Below are positions 28,026 through 37,860 of a stretch of 64,000 nt of DNA, piece after piece (positions within the stretch are counted from its first letter, which is position 1; each line of letters starts with the position of its first letter). This DNA comes from a virus: IMG/VR virus record IMGVR_UViG_3300021963_000034, positions 1-64,000 of that record; one strand, written 5' to 3'. The notes under the pieces were generated by a model. That model had not been told where the DNA came from. It saw nothing but the letters and a program-made list of their open reading frames with translations, and searched no databases. A program made the translations under genes and the position numbers.

Positions 28026-28226
28026 ATGCCAAGAGAATGGAACACTCCTAAACGAGAGTGTTGGAATGCTCCCATCCATCAAATACTCAAAGCTATAGAT
28101 AATCACACCCGTCTTCACATGGAGACGGGTGATTTTTGGCATGAAGAACAGGCCCAGATCTTGAGAAAATATGTCAAAGATTTGAAAATCTGGATTCATA
28201 AACAAGAAGGATGGTGGAATGAATGA
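28026..28226 (+). CDS. hypothetical protein
   Basis: ORF track. Confidence 0.7.
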   Translation: MPREWNTPKRECWNAPIHQILKAIDNHTRLHMETGDFWHEEQAQILRKYVKDLKIWIHKQEGWWNE

Positions 28227-28969
28227 AAAAAATTTTAGCAACAATTGGGTTATCCCTAACTTTAGCATTTCCTGCAATTGCTAATTCTTTACAATCAATC
28301 CAACCAACAGTAAAGCCATATAGTGCCGCTGCAATGGGTTGTATGATACTTTTAGAATGTACTGAAGGAGTTGAAAAACTCACAGTAGATTCTGAACTAC
28401 TAAAGGATCCAGACTTTGATCCATTCAGAGAAGAACTAAAAAGAATTATTACTGCTCTTGATGGTGTAAATGTTCCCGTTTATGTTGCACCAGAAAGATA
28501 CTTTACTCCAAGAACAGTAGGATTATATAAACCAAACTATAATCGTTTCTTTGTCAATGAAACTCTTCTCAAAGATCCTAGAGAGTTCTTGGGAACAATG
28601 AGACACGAAGGATGGCACGCTGTACAAGATTGTATGGGTGGAGGAATGCAAACTTCTTTTATGGCTCAGGTACATCAGGATTCAGAAATTCCTGCTTGGG
28701 TAATGAAGCAGACTCGATTAACTTATGAATCAATGATGCAAAGTCGTGCTATTCCTTGGGAAGCAGATGCTAACTGGGCAGAAGAGCAATCAAATCAAAC
28801 AGCAGAAAAACTTGAAATGTGTGCAAAAGGTCCACTATGGGATCAAATCAGACCAACTCCAATGACGATGGATTGGTTAATTGGATGTGGATGGATGAAA
28901 CCACAAGAAGGTAAGTATCCTTATTATCCAAATAAGAAAGTTGAGTATTGCACTGAGGGTAAGTATTGA
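28223..28969 (+). CDS. secreted zincin-like metalloprotein
   Basis: Signal peptide; HEGWH (HExxH) and downstream WEADA. Confidence 0.65.
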   Translation: MKKILATIGLSLTLAFPAIANSLQSIQPTVKPYSAAAMGCMILLECTEGVEKLTVDSELLKDPDFDPFREELKRIITALDGVNVPVYVAPERYFTPRTVGLYKPNYNRFFVNETLLKDPREFLGTMRHEGWHAVQDCMGGGMQTSFMAQVHQDSEIPAWVMKQTRLTYESMMQSRAIPWEADANWAEEQSNQTAEKLEMCAKGPLWDQIRPTPMTMDWLIGCGWMKPQEGKYPYYPNKKVEYCTEGKY

Positions 28970-29071
28970 TGGATTTTCCGTGGGGAGTTGTTACAATATT
29001 GGGATGCGGTCTTATCTTTACTGCATATGTAATTTACTACATACTACGATTAGCACACGAGGAAATGAAAG

Positions 29072-29284
29072 ATGAAAAATCTAGCAATCATTCTGTCAGC
29101 AACGAGTCTGGCAATTAGTGGAGCACTTTGTTACGGTGCTTATGTGACCTATAAAAAAGCAGAAGCAATCCTCAACAATCCAGAAGAGTTTGTTGGTAAG
29201 GTTGTAGAGAACCAAGTCAATAAAGCATTTGAAAAATTACCTATCCCCAAACTAAATACTGAGAAGTTCAAATTACCATTCTAA
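29072..29284 (+). CDS. membrane-anchored hypothetical protein
   Basis: ORF track. Confidence 0.7.
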   Translation: MKNLAIILSATSLAISGALCYGAYVTYKKAEAILNNPEEFVGKVVENQVNKAFEKLPIPKLNTEKFKLPF

Positions 29285-29721
29285 TGGATAAAGATCCGTA
29301 CATTTATAGAATCAAGTCTGTTCTTAAGGTTGTAGATGGTGACACTATTGACGCTGCTATTGATCTTGGTTTTGATATCTCCCTTACTAAGCGAATTCGT
29401 CTTGCTGGTGTCGATACCCCAGAGAGCAGAACAACTGATGCTAAAGAAAAGGCACTTGGTCTTGAAGTTAAAGAATGGCTTAAGAAAAAGTTAGAAGGTC
29501 AAACCGACATCATTGTTAAAACAGAACTCCCAGATTCTACTGAGAAATATGGTAGAATTCTGGGATATTTGTTTATTGGAGATGCTGAAGTATCTGCAGT
29601 CAATAAAAAGAAATCAGTCAATCAACAAATGATTGATGAGGGATTTGCTTGGGAATATTCCGGTGGAACTAAAAAGAAAGATTTTTCTCTATTGGAATCA
29701 AAAAGACAAGCGAGCAGATAA
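29284..29721 (+). CDS. thermonuclease (SNase-like)
   Basis: VVDGDTID, IRLAGVDTPE, KYGRILG. Confidence 0.9.
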   Translation: MDKDPYIYRIKSVLKVVDGDTIDAAIDLGFDISLTKRIRLAGVDTPESRTTDAKEKALGLEVKEWLKKKLEGQTDIIVKTELPDSTEKYGRILGYLFIGDAEVSAVNKKKSVNQQMIDEGFAWEYSGGTKKKDFSLLESKRQASR

Positions 29722-30576
29722 TTTTTTAGCAATCTTTTTAGGAGGGGCATAGAGAGGTTTGAATCTTTCTTGTCCTTCTTTTGTGAACTTATCTTTTATT
29801 GGTTCATCAATGATTACTTTATTTTCAATTTCGTAAAGTGTGTTTTGCTCTATTTGGTCTCTAATGTACTGTTCAACATTATCAACTTGAGCAACTAATC
29901 TTGTTCCTTCTGCTGAGTATTCAAAAATATCAATATGACCTGCTTCTGCCATCACATAATGGAGAACAGGTTTAACTTGTTTGATTTTAATTTTAAACTT
30001 ATTCTTTGTTGCTTCTTTGATAAATGGTTCAGCAGCATTCTTCAATACATTAAAAGCAGCAGTTGATGCTATCGTAGCAGCAGTTGTAACTACTGCTACA
30101 GCACCAGCCGTAGCAACAAGAGAAGGATCAGGTAGATTAATATCGACACCATAAACAGAAAAGGTTGGTTGAGGTTTATCTGGTGGAACTTCTACAACTG
30201 GTGTAGGAGTTTGAGTAGTGGAGGTTTCAGCAACTTGTGGAAGTTGAGGTTGAGTGATAGTATCTGGAAGTCCTCTATTTTTCTGTTGTTCTTCTGCTGC
30301 TTGTTTTTGACGTTCTGCATTTACTGCAGCATCAAACTCTGCCTGAGTGGGAACATTGAGAACTGGATATTTAATTCCAGTGTTCGGCATATTAATAACA
30401 GGAACTTCTAACCCACGAACTACTGGTACTTCTACACCACGAACACTCGGTCTATCTATAGTTGATATTACAGATGGACCGGATATTCGATTTATGTTTG
30501 CGTTTGGTATGTTAATCGGATTATTTCCGATTATTGGTCTTAAATTTGGATTATCAATTGGTTGTATTGGTTCCAT
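29698..30576 (-). CDS. hypothetical protein
   Basis: ORF track; last gene of a four-gene minus-strand operon. Confidence 0.7.
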   Translation of the reverse strand: MEPIQPIDNPNLRPIIGNNPINIPNANINRISGPSVISTIDRPSVRGVEVPVVRGLEVPVINMPNTGIKYPVLNVPTQAEFDAAVNAERQKQAAEEQQKNRGLPDTITQPQLPQVAETSTTQTPTPVVEVPPDKPQPTFSVYGVDINLPDPSLVATAGAVAVVTTAATIASTAAFNVLKNAAEPFIKEATKNKFKIKIKQVKPVLHYVMAEAGHIDIFEYSAEGTRLVAQVDNVEQYIRDQIEQNTLYEIENKVIIDEPIKDKFTKEGQERFKPLYAPPKKIAKKLSARLSF

Positions 30577-31135
30577 TGACCACATCCTCAACTCTTGGGT
30601 ATTTCACAACAACATCCGCACAAACTTTATAGTAAGGACTATCGGGATGGAACATTACCCCCGCTTTATATGCCTCACCGCATTTCAATAATCTCACGAG
30701 TTCAAAATCTAATCTTGCCTTATCTGCTTCTGCTTGTTGTCTTGAAATTTCGACCCTTGCTCTTGCCTTACAAAGTTCTTGTAAAGAACCATCTAGTGGG
30801 ACATTAAATCCCATAGACAATCCAGCGTTACCAGAAAAAGATGTAAACTGTTCTGGGTCTTGACTTGCATTTCCATTACCAACAACGAAAGGTGCTAGAG
30901 AGAAGGTCGGTCCCTGGCAACTAACGCCCGCACCATAGGTATTAAGTGCGTACGGCCCTTGGAGAACTTGGACCGCTTGGTTTGTAACGTTTCCAGTAGC
31001 ACTAGCAGAAGGCCCAGCGATATTAGTATTACTAGGAGCTGTTTGAGCCAACACTGGCGATACATAAAGTCCTACTGCGTAAATACAGATACGGATGTAG
31101 TTGTTGATTCTGTTTCTGTAGTTCTGTCTATCCAT
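30554..31135 (-). CDS. secreted Cys-containing hypothetical protein
   Basis: ORF track; signal-like segment, four Cys in the mature part; true start uncertain. Confidence 0.7.
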   Translation of the reverse strand: MDRQNYRNRINNYIRICIYAVGLYVSPVLAQTAPSNTNIAGPSASATGNVTNQAVQVLQGPYALNTYGAGVSCQGPTFSLAPFVVGNGNASQDPEQFTSFSGNAGLSMGFNVPLDGSLQELCKARARVEISRQQAEADKARLDFELVRLLKCGEAYKAGVMFHPDSPYYKVCADVVVKYPRVEDVVNGTNTTN

Positions 31136-31437
31136 GTTTCTTTTGCCACTCCAGGTCCGAGATAGGTTTCACTGAACTGGAATGGAGCACCTTGCGTCAT
31201 AATTGAATAACCAGAACCTCTTTGAGGAACGCCAGGAATGTTGATGTTCGTACCAGTTACAGTATAAGATTCACCAGTTGTATATTCAACTTGGCGGATT
31301 GTTTCTACAATTCTTGTTGTAGATTCTGTTGTTGCGTTAATAGTGCCTCTAGTAAAATTAGGCACAACTGTATTTGCCATTGCGGGAGTACAAATGACTC
31401 CCGTTGCTAAAAGCAAAGCGGGAGTTAAATGTCTCAT
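31072..31437 (-). CDS. secreted Thr-rich hypothetical protein
   Basis: ORF track; signal peptide, VVPNF motif. Confidence 0.7.
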   Translation of the reverse strand: MRHLTPALLLATGVICTPAMANTVVPNFTRGTINATTESTTRIVETIRQVEYTTGESYTVTGTNINIPGVPQRGSGYSIMTQGAPFQFSETYLGPGVAKETWIDRTTETESTTTSVSVFTQ

Positions 31438-31898
31438 TTGAATACACTTAATTCGATGGATCTTTGAGCAGTAGCACTTGTACCTGCACCACCAGCAGTA
31501 ACAGTAGGAACACCAGTTGGAGAAAGAGTACCTGCAAGAGTTCCTTTCTCGCCACCAACTTGAGTTACACTATCTCCATAGAGATTTGGTGAGTCAAATG
31601 TTCCTTGATTAGAAAGTGTTTGATTGAGAACAGGAGTATCTGCCTCAATAATGCTTTCTGAGAAGCTAAATGCTTGACCTGGAGTATTAATGTCGTAGGT
31701 TCCAGCACCACCAACACCCCCAAAGGATGTTGCTTGGATATTGGTTCCTGACGCTGAATAGGAAGCACCAATTCGGGTTGATTGAACAGCAGCACCATCA
31801 ACTTTCAATTGAACGGAATCAGTGATTTTAGATGTAATTTCAGCAGCATTAACTGGGATTGCGAAGAATAACGAAAAGGCTAATAGAAGTCTTTTCAT
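31434..31898 (-). CDS. secreted beta-rich hypothetical protein
   Basis: ORF track; MKRLLLAFSLFFAIPVNA signal peptide; TAAATA on the minus strand at 31926-31931. Confidence 0.7.
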   Translation of the reverse strand: MKRLLLAFSLFFAIPVNAAEITSKITDSVQLKVDGAAVQSTRIGASYSASGTNIQATSFGGVGGAGTYDINTPGQAFSFSESIIEADTPVLNQTLSNQGTFDSPNLYGDSVTQVGGEKGTLAGTLSPTGVPTVTAGGAGTSATAQRSIELSVFK

Positions 31899-31955
31899 TT
31901 TCTTAATGTGAATAAACACTACTCTTATTTAGGAGAGTGTCTCCATTTGAAGGGC

Positions 31956-31989
31956 TTGACAAGGGCAGCAGACCGTAGTATGATAAATA
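31956..31989 (+). promoter_or_regulatory. psbA promoter (sigma70 plus late-type TAAATA)
   Basis: TTGACA-N17-TATGAT followed by AAATA. Confidence 0.75.
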
Positions 31990-32033
31990 GGTAAACAAAT
32001 GTTACGAACCCTAACGGATCTGTAACATTGTCC

Positions 32034-32112
32034 ACTCCCATTAACCGAGACCTATGGGGAGTATAAAAACGTCTCTCATACCCACAGTGGAGGGTGCTGT
32101 GGGGTATAATTG
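32034..32112 (+). ncRNA. PhotoRC-II-like RNA motif in the psbA leader
   Basis: CTCCCCAT/ATGGGGAG stem whose loop GAGAC can pair with downstream GTCTC; second stem CCCACAG/CTGTGGG around GAGGGTG. Confidence 0.7.
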
Positions 32113-32156
32113 TATCAGTTCGTCCCCCCGAACTTTTAACTAACTCTCTTAAAAAA

Positions 32157-33239
32157 ATGACTGCTACAATTTCACGTCAACAATCACAATCGAATATTTG
32201 GGAACAGTTTTGTAACTGGGTAACTTCAACCGACAACCGCCTCTATGTGGGTTGGTTCGGCGTTTTGATGATTCCCTGCTTGCTTGCTGCTACTACTTGC
32301 TTCATCATCGCATTCATCGGTGCTCCCCCAGTGGACATTGATGGTATCCGTGAACCAGTTGCTGGTTCTTTGATGTACGGAAACAACATCATCTCTGGTG
32401 CTGTTATTCCTTCGTCCAATGCAATTGGACTGCACTTTTATCCTATCTGGGAAGCTGCCTCTCTTGATGAGTGGCTATATAATGGCGGTCCTTTCCAACT
32501 TGTAGTGTTCCACTTCCTCATCGGTATCTATGCCTATATGGGTCGTGAGTGGGAACTTTCCTACCGCCTGGGTATGCGTCCTTGGATCTGCGTTGCTTAC
32601 TCTGCACCTGTTGCTGCTGCAAGCGCAGTGTTCCTGGTCTATCCTTTCGGTCAAGGTTCTTTCTCTGATGCAATGCCTCTTGGCATCTCTGGTACGTTCA
32701 ACTACATGCTTGTGTTCCAGGCAGAGCACAACATCCTGATGCACCCCTTCCACATGCTTGGAGTTGCTGGTGTGTTCGGTGGTTCTCTGTTCAGTGCTAT
32801 GCACGGTTCTCTGGTTACTTCCTCGCTGGTTCGTGAAACCACCGAGAACGAGTCACAGAACTATGGTTACAAGTTCGGTCAAGAAGAAGAGACCTATAAC
32901 ATCGTTGCTGCTCACGGTTATTTCGGACGCCTTATTTTTCAATATGCTTCCTTTAATAACTCCCGTTCGCTGCACTTCTTCCTGGCTGCCTGGCCTGTGG
33001 TTGGCATCTGGTTCACTGCTCTTGGTGTAAGCACGATGGCTTTTAATCTCAACGGTCTGAATTTTAACCAGAGCATTCTGGATAGTCAGGGTCGTGTGCT
33101 CAATACTTGGGCAGATGTCCTTAACCGTGCTGGACTGGGAATGGAGGTAATGCACGAGCGCAATGCTCATAACTTCCCTCTGGACCTTGCTACTGCACAG
33201 AACACTCCTGTTGCTCTGACTGCTCCTGCAATCGGTTGA
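32157..33239 (+). CDS. psbA: photosystem II D1 protein (intronless, Q130 type)
   Basis: Canonical D1 sequence; ATG 32157 gives 360 aa. Confidence 0.99.
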   Translation: MTATISRQQSQSNIWEQFCNWVTSTDNRLYVGWFGVLMIPCLLAATTCFIIAFIGAPPVDIDGIREPVAGSLMYGNNIISGAVIPSSNAIGLHFYPIWEAASLDEWLYNGGPFQLVVFHFLIGIYAYMGREWELSYRLGMRPWICVAYSAPVAAASAVFLVYPFGQGSFSDAMPLGISGTFNYMLVFQAEHNILMHPFHMLGVAGVFGGSLFSAMHGSLVTSSLVRETTENESQNYGYKFGQEEETYNIVAAHGYFGRLIFQYASFNNSRSLHFFLAAWPVVGIWFTALGVSTMAFNLNGLNFNQSILDSQGRVLNTWADVLNRAGLGMEVMHERNAHNFPLDLATAQNTPVALTAPAIG

Positions 33240-33258
33240 TAAAAACTCAATAGTTTTT

Positions 33259-33285
33259 AAGACCTCCTTCGAGAGGTCTTTTTTT
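33259..33285 (+). terminator. intrinsic terminator after psbA
   Basis: AAGACCTC/GAGGTCTT + T-run. Confidence 0.85.
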
Positions 33286-33349
33286 GTGACTACTTGACTA
33301 AATACTTAAAGTTATGCTATAATAACTTTAACAACTTAATCAAAGGACT

Positions 33350-33790
33350 ATGAAAACCTGTAAAATTTGCAACGAATTAAAACCACTTACAGAATTTTAC
33401 CAGACAGTAAGGAATGGAACTCCTTATGGACATCATGGTAAATGTAAAAAATGTTATGTAAAAAAGCAACAAGAAAACTATGACCCTATAAAAAAGAGAG
33501 ATGAAAACTTGAAAAGGGTTTATGGTATTGGTATTGAAGAGTATAATAATCTTCTAGAAAAACAAGGACATAAATGTGCTGTCTGTGGTTCTACTGACCC
33601 GAAAGGTAGAAAATCTGGTAGAGGTGGTGGTGTAGATGTTTTCTATGTTGACCATAACCATAAAACTGGTAAGGTAAGAGGTCTACTCTGTAATGTCTGC
33701 AATAGAACTATTGGATATGTAAATGAGGATGTTGATTTGATTAGGAATATGATAGAATATGTTAAAAAGCATAAAACCAATGTCTCATAA
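33350..33790 (+). mobile_element. free-standing Endo VII-family homing endonuclease (F-CphI-like)
   Basis: CxxC zinc motifs, VDHNHKTGKVRGLLCNVCN; directly downstream of psbA as in S-PM2. Confidence 0.85.
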
Positions 33791-33902
33791 TAATCAACAT
33801 CATCCTATGGAACCCTGGATTATCTGGGCAGGTGTAGGTATGATGGGATTCACAATCATTGTGTTTGTCGTATTCACTCTTTCGGTAATTTATTGGGGAT
33901 GA
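33780..33902 (+). CDS. small single-TM protein
   Basis: MSHNNQHHPMEPWIIWAGVGMMGFTIIVFVVFTLSVIYWG. Confidence 0.6.
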   Translation: MSHNNQHHPMEPWIIWAGVGMMGFTIIVFVVFTLSVIYWG

Positions 33903-33970
33903 GCACAAACACTCATTGACTTCTTTGTTAAGCAATGTTAAGATAAATATGAGAAACGATATAGGAGGCT

Positions 33971-34042
33971 ATGACTTCTTCAACTCTTTCACCGCCCATT
34001 TCTCAGAGAGGTTGGTTCGATGTCCTGGATGACTGGAAATAA
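33971..34042 (+). pseudogene. psbD: truncated duplicate psbD 5' end (23 codons) with own promoter and RBS
   Basis: [23 protein letters not shown]; TTGACT-N17-TAAGAT and AGGAGG upstream. Confidence 0.9.
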
Positions 34043-34245
34043 ACAAAACCTCTTAGCTTCCGTGAGGACTTCTGTATGACCTTTTTGGGACTATATCTTA
34101 TCTTTCTTGGTGTGAGTGGATTGTTTAGAGATTTACAGAGATACAGAGAACAAACTGACGATAGGTAGACACTAAAAAAATCGGCACAGGGGCACTTGAA
34201 AACAGGTGCCCTTTCTGGTATGATACTCTTATATACAAATGACTG

Positions 34246-34437
34246 ATGACCAACAACAAAGAAGTAGCACAAAAAGTTTATGAAGCATTCTGGAAAGATG
34301 AACCACATCCCTGTAATGTTGATGGATATGAGATTGCTAATGCTCTCCGTGAAGTAATCAACCAACTCCAACAATCTCCTGGTGTGATTTCTTGTCCCGA
34401 CCTCCTTGAACTTTGCGATGAGTTGGAAAATCTATGA
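34246..34437 (+). CDS. hypothetical protein
   Basis: ORF track; TTGAAA-N17-TATGAT promoter at 34196-34224. Confidence 0.65.
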   Translation: MTNNKEVAQKVYEAFWKDEPHPCNVDGYEIANALREVINQLQQSPGVISCPDLLELCDELENL

Positions 34438-34610
34438 CTGAAATCAAATACCGACTTACTTGGAAATCAGACACTCAACGCACTCGTAAAGAAGCATACT
34501 TTCCTACACGCACGATGGCTGAAAAGTGGTATGATGAGAAACTAACAGAAGGTAAAAAACCACAACTCTGGATGGAAGAAACCACCACTATCCTTTATAA
34601 ACTGAAATGA
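34434..34610 (+). CDS. hypothetical protein (58 aa)
   Basis: MTEIKYRLTWKSDTQRTRKEAYF...; ATGA coupling. Confidence 0.6.
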   Translation: MTEIKYRLTWKSDTQRTRKEAYFPTRTMAEKWYDEKLTEGKKPQLWMEETTTILYKLK

Positions 34611-34741
34611 GTCGTTTTACTAAAAACCCAGACGAAGAATATATGGTATCTATTGATGAGAACTATTGAAGAACTGGAAACTAAAAAGTAGAAATATTCA
34701 TTTGTATAAATATTTATGTAGTCAATACAGTAGCAGTAAGA

Positions 34742-35323
34742 ATGAAGCATAAACATCATATTGTTCCAAGACATATGGGTGGAACTGACGACCCTTCTAA
34801 TCTTATTGAACTGACTGTGGAAGAACACGCAGAGGCACACAGAAAGTTATGGGAACAATATGGTAATATCAAAGATTACTGTGCTTGGAAAGGTTTAGAA
34901 GGAACTATTGGTAAAGAAGAGATTGTAAGATTGCTGATGGACCCAACTGGAAGAGTTCATACAGAAGAGACCAAACAGAAAATGAGTGAGGCACATAAAG
35001 GTAAGTCAAAACATACAAAGGAAAGTAAAGAAAAGATAAGTGAAGCAAGAAAAGGAAAGCCTTTGAGTGAAGAGCACAGGGCAAAAATATCAAAAAGTTT
35101 AGAAGGAAATACCCGTATGGTGGGTAAAAAATTGAGTGATGAGACAAAGAAAAAAATAAGTGAGGCAGGTAAAGGTAATAAGAGAGCATCTGGTCCTCAT
35201 AATGTTAGTGAAGAAGCAAAAAGAAATAGGATTGAAGCAACAAAAGAAAGGTGGAGGAAATACAGGGAGGCAAAAGGACTTGACCCAAATAAACCTATTG
35301 ATAGTAGATACTCCAAGATATAG
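34742..35323 (+). mobile_element. HNH homing endonuclease with NUMOD3 repeats
   Basis: HHIVPRHMGGTDDPSNL..LTVEEHAEAH; HTEETKQKMSEAHKGK-type repeats; late promoter TATAAATA at 34705. Confidence 0.88.
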
Positions 35324-35423
35324 TGCCCGCAAGGGCACCTGCCGAAGGCAGTAAGTATAAATACACTTCCCTCCTTACTTGATTTGCCCTATAATAAATA
35401 TGTAAAGTAATGTAAAGGAGGCT

Positions 35424-36488
35424 ATGACTTCTTCTGTTTTACAGACACCCTCCCAATCGCAGCGTGGATGGTTTGATGTCCTTGACGATTGGTTGAAAAG
35501 GGATAGATTTGTGTTCGTAGGTTGGTCTGGCCTGCTTTTATTTCCAACAGCATACCTCGCACTTGGGGGGTGGTTGACTGGAACTACATTTGTTTCAGCG
35601 TGGTATACACACGGTTTAGCATCAAGTTATTTGGAAGGTTGTAATTTTTTGACCGCAGCGGTAAGTAGCCCCGCAGACGCTCTTGGACATTCCTTACTTC
35701 TTCTATGGGGTCCAGAAGCTCAGGGAGATTTCGTCCGCTGGGTCCAACTTGGGGGACTATGGACTTTTGTGGCGCTCCACGGGGCTTTCAGCCTGATTGG
35801 ATTTATGCTCCGCCAGTTTGAGATTGCCCGTCTTGTAGGCATCCGCCCTTACAACGCAATCGCGTTCTCTGGTCCCATTGCGGTGTTCGTCAGCGTTTTC
35901 CTGATGTACCCTCTGGGTCAATCCAGTTGGTTCTTCGCACCATCCTTTGGTGTCGCAGCAATCTTCAGATTCCTTCTGTTCTTACAAGGATTCCATAACT
36001 GGACCCTCAACCCTTTCCATATGATGGGAGTTGCTGGTATACTGGGAGGAGCACTTCTCTGTGCAATCCATGGAGCAACTGTAGAAAATACTCTATTTGA
36101 AGATGGTGATCAAGCAAATACATTCAAGGCATTTGAACCGACTCAAGAGGAAGAAACCTATTCAATGGTTACTGCGAACCGCTTCTGGTCGCAGATTTTT
36201 GGAATTGCTTTTTCCAATAAGCGTTGGTTACATTTTTTCATGCTTTTTGTTCCCGTTATGGGTCTCTGGACTAGTTCTATTGGGATTATTGGTCTCGCTC
36301 TCAATCTTCGTGCTTATGATTTTGTAAGTCAAGAAGTAAGAGCAGCAGAAGACCCAAGTTACGAAACTTTCTACACAAAAAATATCTTATTAAACGAAGG
36401 GCTTCGTGCTTGGTTAGCACCAGTTGATCAACCACACGAATCGTTTGTTTTTCCTGAGGAGGTATTGCCTCGCGGAAACGCACTTTGA
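35424..36488 (+). CDS. psbD: photosystem II D2 protein
   Basis: Canonical D2 sequence ending EVLPRGNAL. Confidence 0.99.
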   Translation: MTSSVLQTPSQSQRGWFDVLDDWLKRDRFVFVGWSGLLLFPTAYLALGGWLTGTTFVSAWYTHGLASSYLEGCNFLTAAVSSPADALGHSLLLLWGPEAQGDFVRWVQLGGLWTFVALHGAFSLIGFMLRQFEIARLVGIRPYNAIAFSGPIAVFVSVFLMYPLGQSSWFFAPSFGVAAIFRFLLFLQGFHNWTLNPFHMMGVAGILGGALLCAIHGATVENTLFEDGDQANTFKAFEPTQEEETYSMVTANRFWSQIFGIAFSNKRWLHFFMLFVPVMGLWTSSIGIIGLALNLRAYDFVSQEVRAAEDPSYETFYTKNILLNEGLRAWLAPVDQPHESFVFPEEVLPRGNAL

Positions 36489-36492
36489 TTTT

Positions 36493-36519
36493 AAAGACCT
36501 CATTGTTGGGGTCTTTTTT
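36493..36519 (+). terminator. intrinsic terminator after psbD
   Basis: AAAGACCTC/GGGGTCTTT + T-run. Confidence 0.8.
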
Positions 36520-36581
36520 ATTTACATAAGAACCAAAATATGATATTATATAAATAATAATAGATATTCATATTCAGGATA

Positions 36582-37163
36582 ATGCCTTTAAATAATAAAT
36601 CAAAACCTTGTGGTGCTTTGGTTGGTGAAAAGTTTGGAAAACTTACCGTTTTAAAAGAAGAAGTTATTTTTAAAAGTGGAAAGAATAGAGTATACACAAC
36701 TTGTAAGTGCGAATGTGGTGGGCAAAAAACCTGTGAAAGATATGGTTTAGTGTCTGGAAGAACTACTAGTTGTGGGTGTGTATTAACAGAACGAACTATT
36801 GCTTTTAATAAAACCAAAAAGAAACCAAAAGGTAGCAAAAAAGCAGATGATAGAAGATATAAGATGTTTCATAATGCTCAACATAGAGCAAAAAGAAAAG
36901 GCATTCCATTCAGTATAACTATAGATGATATTATTATTCCAGAAACTTGTCCTTTACTTGGAATACCTCTTATATCTACTAATGATAAGAGTGATCCAAG
37001 AAATCCAAGTCTGGATCAAAAGGTTCCCGGTAAAGGATATACTCCAGATAATATTTGGGTTATATCTTCAAGAGCAAATGCTTTAAAGTGGGACGCATCC
37101 CTACAAGAACTAGAACTCCTAGTAGAAAACCTAAAATGTTTCTCATCCTCTTCTCATTCATAG
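36582..37163 (+). mobile_element. free-standing His-Me-finger homing endonuclease
   Basis: FGKLTV..CKCECG..SCGC N-domain; CPLLG..SLDQKVPGKGYTPDNIWVIS..AN nuclease domain; TATAAATA at 36549. Confidence 0.8.
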
Positions 37164-37318
37164 CGTTTGGAATTCTAATGTTTATATTATCTGTTATGCA
37201 AGACTTATGATAACTTCAACTACACCATACAAACTCGCAGAAATCATTAGAGATACTTGGCCTGGACTTTACAGACCACCAGTAAAGAGTTATAATCAAG
37301 CAAAAGCACCAGAAAAAA

Positions 37319-37603
37319 ATGTATGATTATTGGGTGGTCACAGATAAAACCACAGGTAGGGTAATCGCTCATTGTGGCGAAGAAAATGATGCATTGATGT
37401 TAGTTGGATTCGATAAAGACAAAAGAACTTATCGAAAGCAAAAGTTTATTATGGATCAAGTGATTACAATAACATCAACAACAGATAAACAACTTCTTGG
37501 TCAACAAGGATTGCCTGCTGCAAAAGAAGAACTTCCTCCAATAGAACTTCAACAACAAGTATGGTTACCTGAAGGACAAGGAATTCCAGTTAACGCTAAA
37601 TAA
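37319..37603 (+). CDS. hypothetical protein
   Basis: ORF track. Confidence 0.65.
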   Translation: MYDYWVVTDKTTGRVIAHCGEENDALMLVGFDKDKRTYRKQKFIMDQVITITSTTDKQLLGQQGLPAAKEELPPIELQQQVWLPEGQGIPVNAK

Positions 37604-37623
37604 CTTTCAGTTTTATAAGAATT

Positions 37624-37860
37624 ATGAAGTTTACAGTTTATTCAAAAGACGGTTGCCCATATTGCACAAAAGTCCAACAGGTGTTAGAGTTGGCACAACT
37701 ACAGCATGTAGTCTACAAATTGAATACTGATTTTACTCGCGATGAGTTTTATGCTGAGTTTGGAGAAGGTTCTACCTTTCCCCAAGTGATTGTCAATGAT
37801 CAACACATTGGTGGTTGTTCTGACACAGTTCAATATCTACAGGAGCAAAAACTAGTTTAA
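37624..37860 (+). CDS. nrdC: glutaredoxin
   Basis: CPYC, TFPQV, IGGC. Confidence 0.93.
   Translation: MKFTVYSKDGCPYCTKVQQVLELAQLQHVVYKLNTDFTRDEFYAEFGEGSTFPQVIVNDQHIGGCSDTVQYLQEQKLV

Noticed and set aside
32157-33239. Intron in psbA as in S-PM2
   Set aside because: The reading frame is continuous and full length; the GTG-initiated extension from 32094 overlaps the leader RNA and is not a credible start
34607-34700. Short ORF MSRFTKNPDEEYMVSIDENY* as a functional gene
   Set aside because: Only 20 codons and looks like a deletion remnant at the cassette junction; cannot be supported
34043-35423. Group I intron within psbD (AAGATATAGTG at 35315 resembles the S element and is nearly complementary to GGGACTATATCTT at 34087)
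   Set aside because: No P4-P6 core is recognisable, the S-like word is the HNH stop region and lacks the conserved C, and the downstream psbD is complete with its own promoter and RBS
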